Part shown: piece after piece, positions 1-9,766 of the stretch
Layout: every line of letters starts with the position of its first letter
Numbering within the stretch: the first letter of the stretch is position 1
Assembly: GCA_045603285.1 (NCBI GenBank)
Contig: JAZULW010000080.1
Span: 1-36,531 of the forward strand
Length of the DNA stretch: 36,531 bases
Source: Acutalibacteraceae bacterium
GTDB lineage: Bacteria > Bacillota > Clostridia > Oscillospirales > Acutalibacteraceae
Reading direction: 5' to 3'
The notes under the pieces: model-generated
The model's input: the letters and a program-made list of their open reading frames with translations, nothing else
Databases searched by the model: none
What the model was told of the DNA's origin: nothing
Position numbers and translations under genes: made by a program

Positions 1-469
1 GCACGGCGGCAGGGTCAGGCTTGTTCGGTCTGTCGGACACACTGCCGTACACACAACGCAACCCGTACTCGCCGAAAAAGGCCTCCGCCAAATAGCGTGC
101 CTGTTTTTCGGGTTTGTTGGTAACAACACCCAACTTGATGCCGCGGACTTTCAATTCGTCCAGCAATTCCATAATACCGTTATACGGCACGGTTTTCACT
201 TTGCAGTTTTCGTTGTAGATCTCAACGAAGCGAGCCAGCGCCTTTTCCAAAACCTCAGGCGTACTGTGTTCACCAAGCGCCAGATGCACCAAGCGCTTGA
301 CACCGCCGCCAACAAACTGATGATAGTCCGCTTTGGTATACACGGGCGAGCCATCAGCATTGCCCAGACCAAGTTCTCGAAGCACTTGCTCGGTAGCAGC
401 CGCCAAATCGTCAATCGTATCGATTAATGTTCCGTCTAAGTCGAACAAACAGGTCGTCCATTTTGCCAT
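1..469 (-). CDS. HAD-IA family hydrolase (phosphoglycolate phosphatase-like), 3' end outside the window
   Basis: Absent from the ORF track because it runs off the window edge. My translation from the ATG at 469-467 reads MAKWTTCLFDLDGTLIDTIDDLAAATEQVL...GIKLGVVTNKPEKQARYL...DRPNKPDP, which carries the HAD DxDGT motif I and the TNK motif. It starts 5 nt after the potD stop, so it is probably the last gene of the pot transcript. Confidence 0.8.
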   Translation of the reverse strand, partial: MAKWTTCLFDLDGTLIDTIDDLAAATEQVLRELGLGNADGSPVYTKADYHQFVGGGVKRLVHLALGEHSTPEVLEKALARFVEIYNENCKVKTVPYNGIMELLDELKVRGIKLGVVTNKPEKQARYLAEAFFGEYGLRCVYGSVSDRPNKPDPAAV

Positions 470-473
470 ATTT

Positions 474-1658
474 TTACTCCCTATGCGCCTTTTTCCTAAA
501 ATAGCGAACCACGGAATACGCGAGCACCAAGGCGGCCGCAAGGCCCACCGCTACCGTACACCACATCCAGCCGGACGGGGGTAATTTGAGTTTCATCCAC
601 AAACCGTCCATATAGGCCGAAACGTCGGCAGGCAACGTGATAAACACTTCCGTTCTTGCAAGCACTTCCTGCGGCGGATAAAAGTTTTCGTTTTCACCGA
701 TTTCGGGGTCAAGTTCGGCACGCGCCTCGGTTTGCGGTGTGGAATAGCCGATATACTCGGCATTCAACAAGGCAATATCGGTGCGGCACAAAAAGTTGAT
801 GTATTGTTCTGCCTCTTCTTTATGCTCTGCATTTTTCGGGATACACAAGGCATCAATAAACAAATTAGCACCGCTTGTGGGCACAAAGAAATCGATGGCA
901 GGGTTGCCTTCTTCTTCGTCCATCATAATGATGCCGTCACCCGCGTAATAGGGCGCAATCCAGCCTTCTTCGTTAATCATTTTGTCGTATATTTGGTCCA
1001 TCACGTACTGATGCAACAAAGGTTTTTGTTCTTGCAATGCGGCATAGGCTTTATCCCAATGCGTTTTATCGGTGGAATTGAGCGAATACCCGCATTTCAA
1101 AAGCCCGATACCAAACGCGTCGCGGGGGTTGTCAAACATAAAGATGCGGCCGCTGTATTTTTCGTCCCAAAGCAGATCCCAACCTTGTTCCAAATCGGCC
1201 TCGTCTACGTACTTGGTGTTGTAAAAAATGCCCACCGTTCCCCACGTATACGGAACGGAATATTCGTTTTGGGGATCGTATAATTGATTTTTCATGCTCT
1301 CGTCGATGAGCGCATAGTTGGGAATGTTATCAAAATTCAGTTTGGCAAGCATTCCCTCGTTGATCAGTTTGCCCACCATATAATCAGACGGGACTACAAT
1401 ATCGTAGTTGGCTGCGCCTGAGGAAAGCACCGCATACATACTCTCGTTATCGGTAAAGTTCTTGTAGTTAACCTCTATACCGGTTTCGGCGATAAAGATA
1501 TCGTTTACGGTGGGGTCAATATACTCACCCCAGTTGTAAACGTTGATCGTCACGCCTTTGGAAGGGGTTTCGGCTTCCGGTGCTTCTGCACATCCCGCCA
1601 AGGAAGCGCACAAGAGGCTCCATGCGGCCAGCAAAACCGCCATTTTTGTCACTTTCAT
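474..1658 (-). CDS. potD: Spermidine/putrescine ABC transporter substrate-binding lipoprotein PotD, with an extra C-terminal TM helix
   Basis: 394 aa with a lipoprotein signal peptide and lipobox (MKVTKMAVLLAAWSLLCASLAGC). The body is PotD-like (NVYNWGEYIDP...VPSDYM...YTWGT). It lies directly downstream of potABC. The C-terminal 35 aa form a hydrophobic helix plus a basic tail. Confidence 0.9.
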   Translation of the reverse strand: MKVTKMAVLLAAWSLLCASLAGCAEAPEAETPSKGVTINVYNWGEYIDPTVNDIFIAETGIEVNYKNFTDNESMYAVLSSGAANYDIVVPSDYMVGKLINEGMLAKLNFDNIPNYALIDESMKNQLYDPQNEYSVPYTWGTVGIFYNTKYVDEADLEQGWDLLWDEKYSGRIFMFDNPRDAFGIGLLKCGYSLNSTDKTHWDKAYAALQEQKPLLHQYVMDQIYDKMINEEGWIAPYYAGDGIIMMDEEEGNPAIDFFVPTSGANLFIDALCIPKNAEHKEEAEQYINFLCRTDIALLNAEYIGYSTPQTEARAELDPEIGENENFYPPQEVLARTEVFITLPADVSAYMDGLWMKLKLPPSGWMWCTVAVGLAAALVLAYSVVRYFRKKAHRE

Positions 1659-1668
1659 ACGCTCCCCC

Positions 1669-2466
1669 TCACTTCTTCGCCTGTTTGGGGGTGCTCTTCA
1701 TTTGCAACACGTTAACCGCAATAAGCAAAATCAGCACCGCACCGAACATCAAGGTGGACAACGCGTTGATCTCCGGCGTGACACGGCGTTTCACCATGGC
1801 ATAGATGGTGACCGATAAGTTTTGCGCGGAAGCGCCTGAGGTAAACAAACTGATAACGAAATCGTCCAATGACATAGTGAAGGCCATCAACGCGCCTGTG
1901 AGCACACCCGGCATAATATCGGGCAACATTACTTTAAAAAACGCGGTAAACGGACGGCAACCAAGGTCCATCGCTGCCTCGTACATATGCGGATTGGTCT
2001 GGCGCAAACGCGGCAACACCTGCAACACCACGTATGGAATGCAAAACGTGATGTGCGACAAGAGAAGCGGCACATACCCCGGTTGCAACAACCCCGTTGT
2101 ACGGTGAATGAACACAAACAAGAGCATCAACGAGATACCCGTTACAATTTCGGGATTTACCATCGGGAAATTGTTAAGCGCCATCAACACGCGGCGCAAT
2201 CGCGCGTTGACACTGCGGAAACCAATGGCGGCTGCCGTGCCGATGATGGTGGAAACAAGAGTCGCAATAACCGCCACCGATAGGGTGACACCAAGCGCAC
2301 TGAGAATTTCCTCATCACGAAACAATTCTTCATACCAACGTAACGAGAAACCGCTCCACACTACACGGCTCTTGGAATCGTTAAACGAAAACACGATCAG
2401 CACGAAGATGGGAGCATACAAGAATAAGAAAATGAGGGCATTGTAAATGCGAGAAAGCGTTTTCAT
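1669..2466 (-). CDS. potC: Spermidine/putrescine ABC transporter permease PotC
   Basis: 265-aa polytopic membrane protein of the binding-protein-dependent permease type. Its ATG overlaps the potB stop as ATGA (2463-2466). Confidence 0.9.
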   Translation of the reverse strand: MKTLSRIYNALIFLFLYAPIFVLIVFSFNDSKSRVVWSGFSLRWYEELFRDEEILSALGVTLSVAVIATLVSTIIGTAAAIGFRSVNARLRRVLMALNNFPMVNPEIVTGISLMLLFVFIHRTTGLLQPGYVPLLLSHITFCIPYVVLQVLPRLRQTNPHMYEAAMDLGCRPFTAFFKVMLPDIMPGVLTGALMAFTMSLDDFVISLFTSGASAQNLSVTIYAMVKRRVTPEINALSTLMFGAVLILLIAVNVLQMKSTPKQAKK

Positions 2467-3284
2467 ACGTCCGCCTCCTCTCCCTTATCGGCCATACCCG
2501 TAACCGCCATACACACCAAAATGAGCACCATCAACACAAGCGACAACGTAGCGCCCACGTGATAGTCCGCACCTTGGCCGATGAACATGGTTTCAATGGC
2601 ATCGCCGATCATCAAGGTTTTACTGCCGCCGAGCAACTTGGTAATAACAAATGTACTAACGGCAGGGACAAACACCATCGTAATGCCGCTGAGCATACCG
2701 GGAATGGACAACGGAATGACCACTTTGCTAAACACTTGGAACACATTGGACCCCAAGTCTTGCGCAGCTTCGATGACACTGTTGTCGATTTTGGACATAA
2801 CGGTATACAGCGGCAACACCATAAAGGGCAAAAAGTTATACACCATACCCAATACGACCGCGCCGCCCGTGTTGATCAGCGGCAAATATTCGTTTTCTCC
2901 TACCACACCGATAAGGCGCAACAACTGGTTGATGAAGCCGTTGTTTTCCAAAATGGACATCCACGCATAGGTGCGAAGCAAAAAGTTCATCCACATCGGC
3001 AGCATAATGATCATGACCATGGTTTGTTGCACACGTTCGGTCGCGCGGGAAATGTTGTACGCGAGAGGAAAAGCAAGCAACAAACAAATGACGGTAGCAA
3101 CACCGCCGTAGAAAATGGATACACCGAACGTGGCGGCATGGTCCCAAATATACGCGAGATTCGAAAGCGTGAATTGGCCGTCGTTGTTCGTAAACGCAAA
3201 CCAAAGCACGATTCCCAAGGGAATGATGGTGAACAGCAGCATCCAAGCCGCAAAGGGTGCCGCCGCGGCTTTGGAGCGTATCAT
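2463..3284 (-). CDS. potB: Spermidine/putrescine ABC transporter permease PotB
   Basis: 273-aa polytopic permease with a GGAGG SD upstream. Its ATG overlaps the potA stop as ATGA (3281-3284). Confidence 0.9.
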   Translation of the reverse strand: MIRSKAAAAPFAAWMLLFTIIPLGIVLWFAFTNNDGQFTLSNLAYIWDHAATFGVSIFYGGVATVICLLLAFPLAYNISRATERVQQTMVMIIMLPMWMNFLLRTYAWMSILENNGFINQLLRLIGVVGENEYLPLINTGGAVVLGMVYNFLPFMVLPLYTVMSKIDNSVIEAAQDLGSNVFQVFSKVVIPLSIPGMLSGITMVFVPAVSTFVITKLLGGSKTLMIGDAIETMFIGQGADYHVGATLSLVLMVLILVCMAVTGMADKGEEADV

Positions 3285-4423
3285 TCTTGAACCTCCGTAT
3301 CTTCGGTAAGATCAATTTCAGGGTTGGCCATTTCGTCAAATTCCTCGGAATAAGAACTATAATCGCCAAACATACCCGAATATTCCGATTTTTTCATAAT
3401 GTGGATATCTTCGGGGTTGAGCACAATACCGATCACCGAATCGACGGGGTAGTAATCGGTGGTTTGGATCATCCATTTAAAGCCTTTAAAATCCACAATG
3501 GTCTCAAAGTGCACGCCTTTAAACGTGACTGCCGTCACCTTGCCTGTCAAATGCCCTTTATCGGCCGAAACAATATCGATGTCTTCGGGACGGATGACCA
3601 CGTCAACGGGTTCTTTGGAATCAAACCCGGCATCCAAGCACTTGAATTTGCGGCCGAAAAACTCCACCAAATAATCTTCGTGCATAATACCGTCAAGAAT
3701 ATTACTCTCTCCGATAAAATCTGCCACAAATGCATTTTCGGGTTCATTATAGATATCTTGCGGCGTACCGATCTGTTGAATGCGGCCGGCATCCATTACC
3801 ACCACCGTGTCCGACATCGACAGCGCTTCCTCTTGATCGTGCGTTACGTAAATGAAGGTGATACCGAGACTTTTCTGGATGTTCTTCAATTCCACTTGCA
3901 TATCTTTGCGCAATTTCAGGTCAAGCGCGGCAAGCGGTTCATCGAGCAACAACACACGCGGGTTGTTCGCAAGCGCGCGGGCAATGGCCACGCGCTGTTG
4001 TTGGCCGCCCGACAGTGTTTCTACCTTGCGTTTATTAAAACCTGCGAGGTTCACCAGTTTGAGCATACGGTTAACCGTTTCCTTAATTTCGGCCGGTTTT
4101 TTCTTTTGGACACGCATGCCAAAGGCCACGTTGTCCTCTACGTTAAGATGAGGAAATAACGCGTACCGTTGGAAAATGGTGTTGACTTGCCGTTTATACG
4201 GCGGCAATTCGGCAATATCTTTTCCGTCAAAAAAGACACTACCGCTATCCGGAGTGACGAAGCCGCCAATGATTCTCAGCGTTGTGGTTTTGCCGCAACC
4301 CGAAGGCCCCAACAAAGTCACAAATTCCCCGTCGGAGATGTTGAGGTCAAGACCGCTCAACACCGGTTCTCCGTCAAACGAAACGGTAATGTCTTTGAGT
4401 TTGATAATTTCTTTTGTTTGCAT
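3281..4423 (-). CDS. potA: Spermidine/putrescine ABC transporter ATP-binding protein PotA
   Basis: Walker [10 protein letters not shown], signature [15 protein letters not shown] and Walker B LLLDEP are present. I place the start at the internal ATG 4423 ([16 protein letters not shown]) because AAGGGGGA sits 7 nt upstream. The 38-codon extension in the ORF track has no SD. Confidence 0.92.
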   Translation of the reverse strand: MQTKEIIKLKDITVSFDGEPVLSGLDLNISDGEFVTLLGPSGCGKTTTLRIIGGFVTPDSGSVFFDGKDIAELPPYKRQVNTIFQRYALFPHLNVEDNVAFGMRVQKKKPAEIKETVNRMLKLVNLAGFNKRKVETLSGGQQQRVAIARALANNPRVLLLDEPLAALDLKLRKDMQVELKNIQKSLGITFIYVTHDQEEALSMSDTVVVMDAGRIQQIGTPQDIYNEPENAFVADFIGESNILDGIMHEDYLVEFFGRKFKCLDAGFDSKEPVDVVIRPEDIDIVSADKGHLTGKVTAVTFKGVHFETIVDFKGFKWMIQTTDYYPVDSVIGIVLNPEDIHIMKKSEYSGMFGDYSSYSEEFDEMANPEIDLTEDTEVQE

Positions 4424-4633
4424 AACGGCATCCCCCTTTGCGGTGTATATACGGCCTGTGCCGTATACGAAAGTTTCGCGTTGTGACGCGTGAAACCGCG
4501 GTACTTTGAGCAACGCCCTCCGCAAAGGGTTTTTCACAGCCGTCGTACTCGCGACTGCGGCGATGCCTCATACCGCTTTGGTTGCATAGATGCCGTCTTC
4601 TTATATAATAAATAATAAAAGACGACAAAATAC

Positions 4634-4662
4634 ACTATATCGTTTTTATGTAAAAAAGTCAA
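4634..4662 (-). promoter_or_regulatory. Sigma-A-type promoter of potABCD (TTGACT-17-TATAGT)
   Basis: On the minus strand, -35 TTGACT is at 4662-4657, the spacer is 17 nt and -10 TATAGT is at 4639-4634. This predicts a TSS near 4627 and a leader of about 200 nt. Confidence 0.5.
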
Positions 4663-4680
4663 TATCTTTATATGGTTTTT

Positions 4681-5952
4681 TTATTCTCCTTTTATCTGCC
4701 GCCAATAGTCTGCCGCCGCGCGTTCGTTTTTGTTGTCACCGGGATGATAATACACCGTATCTTTGATCGCGTCAGGCAAATATTGTTGTTTCACCCAATG
4801 ATGGGGATATTCGTGCGGATATTGATAAAACTGGCCCTTCACGGCGGCATCGGCACCGTCGTAATGCTTGTTTTGCAATTGCCTGGGAATACGGCCGGTT
4901 TTGCCCGCTTCCACATCTGCCATCGCGGCATTGATGGCATCGTGCCCCGAAGCGGATTTGGGAGCCGTCGCCACCATAATGACCGCATCGGCAAGCGGAA
5001 TGCGCGCCTCGGGCAATCCCACTTGCAAGGCAGAATCTACCGCCGCTTTCACAATGGGCAAGATCATCGGATATGCAAGGCCCACGTCTTCCGCAGCACA
5101 CACCAGCAATCGGCGGCAAACCGAGGACAGATCCCCCGCCGCCAATAATCGCGCCAAATAATGAATAGCAGCATCGGGATCCGATCCCCGCATCGATTTT
5201 TGAAAAGCCGACAACAGGTCATAATGTTCATCGCCTTCACGGTCATATCGCATGGCGCTTTTTTGTACCACTTGATGTACCGTATCCATCGTAACTGTCA
5301 CAACCCCGTTCTCATCGGGTTTGGAAGCCAACACACACAATTCCACGGCATTCAAACTTTTGCGCACGTCACCGCCGCACGCATACCCGATGGTTTCGCA
5401 CACCCCGTCTTCAACCGTAATGGAAAAACCGCTTTCTTCTCTCAAAAAGGCAAATCCGCGCGCCACGGCACGAGAAACTTCGCTTGGTTCAACCGGTTTA
5501 AATTCAAACACGGTGGAACGACTGAGAATGGCGCCGTACACGTAAAAATACGGGTTTTCCGTTGTGGATGCGATCAACGTGATGTTACCGTTTTCAATAT
5601 GTTCGAGCAACGTTTGTTGCTGCTTTTTATTGAAATATTGAATTTCGTCCAAATACAGCAAAATCCCGTTGGAAGCCGCCAAGGTATTCACCTCGTCTGC
5701 CACCGCGCGAATATCTCCCGTAGAAGCGGTGGTACCGTTCAAACGATGTAAGCGTTTATCGGTGCGTTCGGCAATAATACTCGCGAGTGTGGTTTTGCCG
5801 ATACCGGACGGACCGTAAAATATCATATTGGGAATGTGTCCTGACTCAATGATGCCACGCAGGGCTTTGCCTTCGCCGAGCAAATGTTGTTGCCCCACCA
5901 CATCGTTGAGCGTTTTGGGCCGCATACGGTCGGCCAACGGAGCGATTGCCAT
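4681..5952 (-). CDS. rarA: Replication-associated recombination protein A (AAA+ ATPase RarA/MgsA)
   Basis: 423 aa. N-terminus LADRMRPKTLNDVVGQQHLLGEGKALR, Walker A GPSGIGKTTLA and the MgsA C-terminal domain (HYDLLSAFQKSMRGSDPDAAIHYLARLL) are all present. Confidence 0.93.
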   Translation of the reverse strand: MAIAPLADRMRPKTLNDVVGQQHLLGEGKALRGIIESGHIPNMIFYGPSGIGKTTLASIIAERTDKRLHRLNGTTASTGDIRAVADEVNTLAASNGILLYLDEIQYFNKKQQQTLLEHIENGNITLIASTTENPYFYVYGAILSRSTVFEFKPVEPSEVSRAVARGFAFLREESGFSITVEDGVCETIGYACGGDVRKSLNAVELCVLASKPDENGVVTVTMDTVHQVVQKSAMRYDREGDEHYDLLSAFQKSMRGSDPDAAIHYLARLLAAGDLSSVCRRLLVCAAEDVGLAYPMILPIVKAAVDSALQVGLPEARIPLADAVIMVATAPKSASGHDAINAAMADVEAGKTGRIPRQLQNKHYDGADAAVKGQFYQYPHEYPHHWVKQQYLPDAIKDTVYYHPGDNKNERAAADYWRQIKGE

Positions 5953-5972
5953 TTCATCACCTACTTTGTTTC

Positions 5973-6000
5973 CATTATAGCAGTTTTACGCCAATATGCA
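5973..6000 (-). promoter_or_regulatory. Putative rarA promoter (TTGCAT-16-TATAAT)
   Basis: On the minus strand, -35 is at 6000-5995 and -10 TATAAT is at 5978-5973. It lies back-to-back with the nth promoter. Confidence 0.5.
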
Positions 6001-6011
6001 AGCATTTCAAA

Positions 6012-6040
6012 TTGACACCGCCTTGCAGAAATGATAAAAT
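6012..6040 (+). promoter_or_regulatory. Putative nth promoter (TTGACA-17-TAAAAT)
   Basis: -35 TTGACA is at 6012-6017 and -10 TAAAAT is at 6035-6040. The first ATG of the track ORF (6031) lies inside this promoter, which argues for the second ATG as the start. Confidence 0.55.
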
Positions 6041-6060
6041 TTGAGCAGGCAGGTGAGAAT

Positions 6061-6696
6061 ATGACAAAAAAAGCACGCGCCGCCACCGCGGTGCAACGGT
6101 TGGAAGAGCGCTATCCCGACGCGATTTGTTCACTTGATTATACCGAACGCAATGCGTTTCAACTGCTGGTAGCCACTCGCTTATCCGCTCAATGCACCGA
6201 TGCGCGCGTTAATATGGTGACCCCCGCCCTCTTCGCGCGGTTTCCCAATGCTTTTTCCCTGGCAGCCGCCACTCCCGAAGAAGTGGAACCGTATATCCGT
6301 TCGTGCGGGTTGTACAAAACCAAAGCGCGCGACCTTGTGGCGATGGCCAATCAATTGATGGAGCGTCACGGTGGCGAAGTGCCTGACAGTTTGGAAGCCC
6401 TGACGGCGTTGTCGGGTGTGGGGCGTAAAACCGCCAATCTGGTGTGTGGTGATATTTTTGGTATGCAAGGTGCCGTGGTGGCGGATACCCATTGCATAAG
6501 AATCAGCAACCGATTGGGGCTGTGCGATACACGTGATCCACGCAAGGTGGAAACTGCCTTGCGCGCCATTCTTCCACCCGATAAAAGCAACGATTTTTGC
6601 CACCGCCTTGTGCTTTTTGGCCGTGAGGTATGCGACGCACGCAAACCCCGTTGCGAAGCCTGTCCCCTCGCCGACATTTGCCCGTCCAAAACCTAA
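6061..6696 (+). CDS. nth: Endonuclease III (DNA-(apurinic or apyrimidinic site) lyase)
   Basis: HhH-GPD motif LSGVGRKTANLV and a C-terminal 4Fe-4S cluster loop (CDARKPRCEACPLADIC) are present. The start at ATG 6061 is preceded by AGGTGAG. Confidence 0.93.
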   Translation: MTKKARAATAVQRLEERYPDAICSLDYTERNAFQLLVATRLSAQCTDARVNMVTPALFARFPNAFSLAAATPEEVEPYIRSCGLYKTKARDLVAMANQLMERHGGEVPDSLEALTALSGVGRKTANLVCGDIFGMQGAVVADTHCIRISNRLGLCDTRDPRKVETALRAILPPDKSNDFCHRLVLFGREVCDARKPRCEACPLADICPSKT

Positions 6697-6726
6697 AAGA
6701 AGCCACTCATAGGAGTGGCTTCTTTT
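6695..6726. terminator. Bidirectional intrinsic terminator between convergent nth and gpsA
   Basis: A perfect 14-bp stem AAAAGAAGCCACTC/GAGTGGCTTCTTTT with a 4-nt loop. The A/T runs serve both strands. Confidence 0.8.
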
Positions 6727-6727
6727 A

Positions 6728-7729
6728 TTAGAACCAAACGGCATCTTTTTCGTGGCATCCCGGTCGGGACATCAGTGCCGTTACCGCTTCGCGCGGCGGA
6801 TAGTTTTCGTAGCAAATACGGTAACAAATATCGGTGATGGGCATCGGCACTTGTTCGCGCTGTGCCAAGCGGTGGGCGGTTGCAGCGGCCAAATAGCCTT
6901 CCACCGTTCCCACACGCTCCACCGCCTCGGCCGGTAACACCCCTTGACCGATCAGGATACCGGCACGGCGGTTGCGGGAGTGCATACTGCCACACGTAAC
7001 AATCAAATCCCCCATACCCGTAAGGCCCGCAAAGGTGTTGCTTTCGGCACCCATTTTAACACCCAAGCGCGCGATTTCGGCCAAACCGCGTGTCATCAAA
7101 GCGGCCTTGGCATTATCTCCCATTTGCAAACCGTCGCAAATGCCGGCTGCCAACGCAATGACGTTTTTCAGAGCACCGCCAAGTTGCGCGCCGATTACGT
7201 CGGTTGACGTATAGATACGCAACCTGTCGTTGATGAGCAATTTCTGCACACGTTCCGCATCGGCTATATGGCGGCAAGCAGCCACCAACGAGGTGGGAAC
7301 ACCGCGCCCGACTTCTTCCGCATGAGACGGACCGGACACCACCACCACCGATGCCTGCGGAACCGCTTCCTCAATAATTTGGGAGAAAAGACGGCAGTCG
7401 TTTTCTTCAATGCCTTTGCCCGCATTGGCCACCAAAGCGCCCGCTTTCAAATAACGACCGAGTTTTTGTGCCGTATCACGGATGGCAAACGAGGGCACTG
7501 CCAAAATCACCAAGTCAGCATCGGCCGCGCAAGCCATATCGGTGGTCAATCCGATGGTAGGCGAAACGGCAATACCGGGCAACAATTTCGCGTGTTCGCC
7601 ATTACGGCGAATGGCGGCAATTTCTTCTTCAAACGCCGACCACAACGTTACGTGATGCCCGATACGGTCAGCCATCACGGCAAGAGCCGTACCCCAACCA
7701 CCGGAGCCTACCACTGCTATTTTGCTCAT
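6728..7729 (-). CDS. gpsA: NAD(P)H-dependent glycerol-3-phosphate dehydrogenase
   Basis: 333 aa with an N-terminal Rossmann motif KIAVVGSGGWGTALA. The body is GpsA-like (GLEMGDNAKAALMTRGLAE-type region). It sits in the conserved der-plsY-gpsA order. Confidence 0.95.
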   Translation of the reverse strand: MSKIAVVGSGGWGTALAVMADRIGHHVTLWSAFEEEIAAIRRNGEHAKLLPGIAVSPTIGLTTDMACAADADLVILAVPSFAIRDTAQKLGRYLKAGALVANAGKGIEENDCRLFSQIIEEAVPQASVVVVSGPSHAEEVGRGVPTSLVAACRHIADAERVQKLLINDRLRIYTSTDVIGAQLGGALKNVIALAAGICDGLQMGDNAKAALMTRGLAEIARLGVKMGAESNTFAGLTGMGDLIVTCGSMHSRNRRAGILIGQGVLPAEAVERVGTVEGYLAAATAHRLAQREQVPMPITDICYRICYENYPPREAVTALMSRPGCHEKDAVWF

Positions 7730-7738
7730 TTGCTCACC

Positions 7739-8416
7739 TCAAATCTTGTTTTCGGTTCCTTGAAGAATTCGTTTGATATTGCTCCGATGGCGAACAATCA
7801 CAATCGCGGAGATGATGATCATCACAGCCGTACAAAACCAGACAAGCGACATCGGTTGACGATACACATACGCACGAAAAACAAACGTGGCAATCGGCAG
7901 ACCGATGGCGGCGGCAATAGAACCGAGTGACACCATCCGTGTGTATAGGACAATTACGATGAACAATGCCAGCAGAACCAGTGCCGCCTTCCAATCCAAC
8001 ATAAGCATCATACCAAGTGTGGTCATGACGCCCTTGCCACCGCGAAAGTCAAAAAACAACGGAAACATATGCCCCAAAATGCAAAACAGCCCCGCCGTGT
8101 AAGCACCAACCAATCCAAGCGTAAGCGTGTCGACACCGTCATAGGGGTGGCTTTGCCACGAGTTGAGCAACACACCGCCCAAATAGACCGCCAAACCACT
8201 CTTGGCCAAATCACCTACGGTGGTTAATATGGCAGGGATCTTGCCTTGCGAGCGCAACACATTGGTTGCACCCGCATTGCCGCTTCCGAAATCACGAATA
8301 TCTTTGTTAGAAAACAATTTGGTCACAATGATGGCAAAGCTGACACTGCCGCACAAGTAGGCCACGGCCGCCGCCGCAAGCAATGCCAAACCACTGTTTT
8401 GTAAAAACTGAAGCAT
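7739..8416 (-). CDS. plsY: Glycerol-3-phosphate acyltransferase PlsY
   Basis: 225-aa membrane protein with the PlsY signature DIRDFGSGNAGATNVLR. Confidence 0.93.
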   Translation of the reverse strand: MLQFLQNSGLALLAAAAVAYLCGSVSFAIIVTKLFSNKDIRDFGSGNAGATNVLRSQGKIPAILTTVGDLAKSGLAVYLGGVLLNSWQSHPYDGVDTLTLGLVGAYTAGLFCILGHMFPLFFDFRGGKGVMTTLGMMLMLDWKAALVLLALFIVIVLYTRMVSLGSIAAAIGLPIATFVFRAYVYRQPMSLVWFCTAVMIIISAIVIVRHRSNIKRILQGTENKI

Positions 8417-8428
8417 AGCGTTTCCTTT

Positions 8429-9760
8429 CTATTTACCGCTGTTGTCACCCCGTTCGCGAATGATAAAACGCACGGGTGTTCCTTCCAAACCAAACGTCTC
8501 GCGCAGTTGGTTCTCCAAATACCGTTGATAGGAAAAATGGAACAAATCGGCGCGATTGACAAAAAACACAAACGTAGGCGGACAGGTAGAGGGTTGTGTC
8601 ACGTAATAGATTTTCAAACGGCGGCCGCGGTCCGTGGGGGGTTGCACACGGGTGGTCGCCATCGCAAGTACGTCGTTGAGCATGCCCGTCGACACACGCA
8701 TGGCGTGTTGGCCGTTTACATAGGTGATCAACTCCAGCAAACGGTCCAACCGTTGGCCTGTTTTGGCCGAGATAAAGACAAACGGTGCATAAGCCATAAA
8801 ACTGAAATCGTTTTCCAGTTTTTTGCGGACTTTCACCATGGTTTTGTCGTCTTTTTCCACCGCATCCCACTTGTTAACGGCAATGATACACGCTTTTCCT
8901 TTTTCGTGCGCAATACCCGCTACTTTGCTGTCCTGTTCGGTAAAACCTTCCACGCCGTCAATCAAAATGACGCACACATCGGCGCGTTCTACCGCCATTT
9001 CGGCACGCAAAATACTGTATTTTTCAATGGCATCGTCCACTTTGCTGCGACGGCGAAGGCCGGCCGTATCAATCAGCAAAAAGTGGCCGTGCTTATTGCG
9101 AATTTCAGTATCGATGGCATCACGTGTGGTACCGGCAATATTGGAAACAATGCTTCTCTCTTCGCCGGCAAGGGCATTGATGAGAGAGGATTTTCCCGCG
9201 TTGGGTTTGCCGATAACCGCCACTTTGATGCAATCATCGTCTTCCTCCGGCTCGGTATCGGGCGGCAAATATGCAAACACCGCATCAAGCAAATCGCCCG
9301 TTCCCGTTCCGTGAATGGACGACACGGCAATCGGGTCACCGAGTCCCAAATTATAAAACTCATAAAATTCCGGCGGCGCGGCACCGATACGGTCGCATTT
9401 GTTCACACAAAGCACCACGGGTTTTCCGCTTTTTTGCAACATCGTCGCCACATCGGCATCGTTGGCCGTCACACCGGCTTGCAAATCGGTTACCAATACG
9501 ATAACGTCGGCCTGTTCGATGGCGAGTTGTGCTTGACGGCGCATCTGCGACAAAATAACATCGTCGGAATGGGGTTCAATACCGCCGGTATCCGCGAGCA
9601 TAAACGTACGGCCACGCCATTCACATGCCGCAAAAATGCGGTCACGCGTGACACCGGGAGTGTCCTTTACAATGGATAGCCGTTTCCCTATCAATTTGTT
9701 AAACAGTGTGGATTTTCCCACGTTGGGCCTACCAACTACTGCTACAATCGGTTTAGACAT
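8429..9760 (-). CDS. der: Ribosome biogenesis GTPase Der (EngA)
   Basis: 443 aa with two tandem GTPase domains (GRPNVGKSTLFN and GKPNAGKSSLINAL) plus a KH-like C-terminus. Confidence 0.95.
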   Translation of the reverse strand: MSKPIVAVVGRPNVGKSTLFNKLIGKRLSIVKDTPGVTRDRIFAACEWRGRTFMLADTGGIEPHSDDVILSQMRRQAQLAIEQADVIVLVTDLQAGVTANDADVATMLQKSGKPVVLCVNKCDRIGAAPPEFYEFYNLGLGDPIAVSSIHGTGTGDLLDAVFAYLPPDTEPEEDDDCIKVAVIGKPNAGKSSLINALAGEERSIVSNIAGTTRDAIDTEIRNKHGHFLLIDTAGLRRRSKVDDAIEKYSILRAEMAVERADVCVILIDGVEGFTEQDSKVAGIAHEKGKACIIAVNKWDAVEKDDKTMVKVRKKLENDFSFMAYAPFVFISAKTGQRLDRLLELITYVNGQHAMRVSTGMLNDVLAMATTRVQPPTDRGRRLKIYYVTQPSTCPPTFVFFVNRADLFHFSYQRYLENQLRETFGLEGTPVRFIIRERGDNSGK

Positions 9761-9766
9761 TCCTCG

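Noticed and set aside
4424-4537. N-terminal extensions of track ORFs. Examples are potA 4424-4537, nth 6031-6060, rpmF 11353-11361, TSUP 14671-14721 and 14306-14368, the phosphatase 16421-16468, glgC 22116-22133, luxS 26847-26885, metG 27842-27862, the ABC ATPase 31010-31096 and the phosphoglucomutase 34171-34299.
   Set aside because: The ORF track takes the longest ATG/GTG/TTG start. In every case an internal start has a proper SD at 5-10 nt. The extension also overlaps a promoter, a terminator or the preceding gene, and the conserved N-terminus of the family begins at the internal start.
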